DNA of 64,000 nucleotides from an uncultured Acetatifactor sp. (GTDB lineage Bacteria; Bacillota; Clostridia; Lachnospirales; Lachnospiraceae): NCBI GenBank assembly GCA_904501885.1, contig CAJGCP010000003.1, positions 5,182 to 69,181 of the forward strand, read 5' to 3'. Shown piece by piece: positions 62,007 to 64,000 of this stretch (position 1 is its first letter; each line of letters starts with the position of its first letter). The notes under the pieces were generated by a model. It saw only the letters and a program-made list of their open reading frames with translations, ran no database searches and was not told where the DNA came from. The position numbers and the translations under genes were made by a program.

Positions 62007-62795
62007 ATGAAGGGATTAAGGAATTTATTATTTGAAGAGCAAATTAGACTAGAAAAAATAATTAAAGAAACAAAGGCGAGATTAGATAATGCGCCTGATG
62101 GAAGACTTCGACTATCGATAAGTCATAATCATATGCAATACTACTGTTGTAAAGAAGGGAAAATGTCAGGAAACTATATCTCTAAAGAGAATAAGGCGCT
62201 GGCACAGCAACTGGCACAAAAATCCTATGATATTAAAATTTTACATTTGGCAGAAAAAAGATATCTTCAAATTAAAAAAATCTTGAAGGACTATGCGGAT
62301 GATGAGTTAGAGAAAGTGTACTTAAAGGAGCATTTGGAACGTCAGAAACTAATCGAACCGGTAGAGCCAACATGGGAACAAAGAATTATTGAGTGGAAAA
62401 GGAGGGAATACTATGGCAAAGATTTTCAGGAAGGATCCCCTGTGATTTTGACAGAACGAGGGGAACGAGTTAGATCTAAGACAGAAAAAATCATGGCGGA
62501 TTTTTTTGACAGACACGGGATTGAATACAAATATGAGTGCCCGCTATATTTAAAAGGAATGGGGACAATTTATCCTGATTTTACTTTTCTATCATCCAAA
62601 ACCGGCAAGGAACTGTATTGGGAACATTGTGGAATGGTTGATTCTCCAACGTATGCAAGAAGTATGATTCGAAAAATAGAAGCATATGAGAACAATGGAA
62701 TTTTTTCGGGAGAGAGATTGATTCTGACATATGAAACAGAGCAAAGTGTTTTGAATACTGAAAAAATAGCGCAGATGGTTGAACGTTATTTGTAA
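62007..62795 (+). CDS. orphan 262-aa protein: N-terminal coiled-coil-like region + C-terminal Vsr/DUF559-like PD-(D/E)xK nuclease-fold motif
   Basis: SKTEKIMADFFDRHGIEYKYECPL..GTIYPDFTF..(13 aa)..YWEHCGM gives E160, D191 and E206. RBS AAGAGG. Confidence 0.5.
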   Translation: MKGLRNLLFEEQIRLEKIIKETKARLDNAPDGRLRLSISHNHMQYYCCKEGKMSGNYISKENKALAQQLAQKSYDIKILHLAEKRYLQIKKILKDYADDELEKVYLKEHLERQKLIEPVEPTWEQRIIEWKRREYYGKDFQEGSPVILTERGERVRSKTEKIMADFFDRHGIEYKYECPLYLKGMGTIYPDFTFLSSKTGKELYWEHCGMVDSPTYARSMIRKIEAYENNGIFSGERLILTYETEQSVLNTEKIAQMVERYL

Positions 62796-62873
62796 TTCGT
62801 GGTATAATCTGTTGCAAACGTGGAGGTTTCATACCACACAATTATATTGGATAAAATTGCAAAGGGTGTAAAG

Positions 62874-63347
62874 ATGTCAATAGAAAGAGCAAAACAGTAT
62901 TTAAGTCAATATGGATTGGAAAATGAAGTGATGGAGTTTGCGGTGTCTTCTGCAACTGTAGCGGAGGCTGCCATTGCAGTGGGATGTGAGGAACGGGCCA
63001 TTGCCAAGACACTTTCCTTTATTGTAGAAGAGAAACCCATCGTGATTGTGGTGTCCGGGGACTCTAAAGTTGATAATCATAAGTATAAAGAGGAATTCCA
63101 CACCAAGGCTAAGATGATTTCCTTCGAGGATGTGGAGCCCCTGATTGGGCATGCGGTAGGTGGTGTCTGCCCCTTCGGCTTGGAAGAAGATGTAAAGGTT
63201 TATTTAGATGAGTCTTTGAAGAAATGCCCGGTGGTTTATCCTGCTTGCGGTAGTTCTAACAGCGCCATCAAGTTAACGGTAGAGCAGTTGGAGAGTATTG
63301 TGTCGCTGGAAAAGTGGGTGGATGTGTGTAAGGAAATGGAAGGATAA
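62874..63347 (+). CDS. YbaK/EbsC-family aminoacyl-tRNA deacylase domain protein
   Basis: KTL.F......PI.VVV.GD.KV....YK and GHAVGGVCPFG motifs. Start trimmed to ATG 62874. Confidence 0.75.
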   Translation: MSIERAKQYLSQYGLENEVMEFAVSSATVAEAAIAVGCEERAIAKTLSFIVEEKPIVIVVSGDSKVDNHKYKEEFHTKAKMISFEDVEPLIGHAVGGVCPFGLEEDVKVYLDESLKKCPVVYPACGSSNSAIKLTVEQLESIVSLEKWVDVCKEMEG

Positions 63348-63394
63348 TTGATAGGCAGAAAAGCTGAAGAGATTAAAAAAGGTCTGTAAATAAA

Positions 63395-63426
63395 GTAGTC
63401 CGTGGAGTTAGGTTCCACGGACTATT
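63395..63426. terminator. bidirectional terminator hairpin between convergent genes
   Basis: TAGTCCGTGGA-GTTAGGT-TCCACGGACTA flanked by A/T runs. Confidence 0.75.
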
Positions 63427-63514
63427 TGCATTCATCCCTCAGGGACGATCTATAGGAGTGTAAATGATATGTTACATATTTTCATTCTATTTGGCTGTTT
63501 TCGACAAATATGCT

Positions 63515-64000
63515 TTAGAAGTTTTCTAACAAATATTTCTCCGCTTCCGCAGACCACAGGCCGTTGTTGACCTTCACCATTTCATCCATGATACGGAATC
63601 TGTCATCGGTCTGGCCCAAGGTTGCAAAATCAGCGATAGCAGTCAGGGGCAGTTCGATGTGGGTGTAAATCAGTTTCTTGCCGCCGGGAATCTTAGGTAA
63701 GTTCAGGGTGGCATCAATGGCTGCATCGATACCACCGATGTGGGTAATCATAACGGAAGGATCCAGGCGTTTCTCGCCCAATAAATCTACGATGTCTTTC
63801 ATGTCGGCAGGGGTGCTGCCGCTGGTGCCGGCCACATGATGCTGGGCATAGTGCACATTGTAGAAATTGAAGTTGGCACTGAAATTTTTATCCAAGGGGC
63901 CGGCGAAGAAATTCAGGCACCCGTCAAAGCCCAGGATAGCATCGCCCAATTCCACCACGGCAGGAACGGGAGCATATACGAATACATCATCGTAACCAGT
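63515..64000 (-). CDS. C-terminal part of a medium-chain (zinc-type) alcohol/polyol dehydrogenase; the gene continues past the window edge
   Basis: The frame stays open to nt 64000 (..TGYDDVFVYAPVPAVVELGD..). The pattern is a Rossmann-end / C-terminal MDR pattern. Confidence 0.55.
   Translation of the reverse strand, partial: TGYDDVFVYAPVPAVVELGDAILGFDGCLNFFAGPLDKNFSANFNFYNVHYAQHHVAGTSGSTPADMKDIVDLLGEKRLDPSVMITHIGGIDAAIDATLNLPKIPGGKKLIYTHIELPLTAIADFATLGQTDDRFRIMDEMVKVNNGLWSAEAEKYLLENF

Overview
This is a 64-kb chromosomal window from a low-GC Gram-positive anaerobe (Clostridia). Dockerin and cohesin-like modules suggest a Ruminococcus-like fibre or starch degrader, but taxonomy cannot be proven from this window. 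I found no rRNA, tRNA or CRISPR.

Layout:
1. 0.7-9.9 kb: cell-envelope sensing and peptidoglycan block. It holds an ECF sigma with a putative anti-sigma, BlaI plus a BlaR1-like M56 protein carrying a degenerate M23 domain, a PdaC-like deacetylase, a secreted ComEC-type MBL protein and ExoIII.
2. 9.97-15.4 kb: CUT1-type sugar ABC transporter plus an orphan lipoprotein.
3. 15.4-27.7 kb: accessory block. It holds a promoter-to-terminator structured RNA, a 588-aa orphan with a PD-(D/E)xK tail, a 1091-aa LRR/cohesin-like/GLUG/dockerin protein, a DUF3990-like plus HTH two-gene module on the minus strand, and a 1718-aa six-module dockerin protein.
4. 27.8-34.8 kb: distal ribosomal supercluster adk-map-KOW-infA-[inserted membrane protein]-rpmJ-rpsM-rpsK-rpsD-rpoA-rplQ.
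5. 34.9-56.8 kb: a ~22-kb carbohydrate island between rplQ and ecfA1. It holds GH2-like and GH39-like hydrolases, uxaC-SDR-uxuA-RraA-like genes, three AraC regulators, Gfo/Idh/MocA enzymes, a ferredoxin with an FAD oxidoreductase, a DHQase-like protein, an SASA esterase, a MATE pump and one intact IS3-family element.
6. 56.9-61.4 kb: ecfA1-ecfA2-ecfT-truA-rplM-rpsI.
7. 61.5-64 kb: a 52-bp tandem repeat array, a Vsr/DUF559-like nuclease-fold orphan, ybaK and a partial dehydrogenase.

Best candidates for undescribed biology:
- the structured leader RNA plus degenerate-HD/PD-(D/E)xK orphan at 15.47-17.5 kb;
- the autoregulated DUF3990-like/HTH pair at 20.9-22.3 kb;
- the repeat array plus nuclease-like orphan at 61.6-62.8 kb;
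- the PocR-AraC / Gfo / ferredoxin / FAD-oxidoreductase module at 47-51 kb.

All family calls come from motif recognition by eye. No database search was run.
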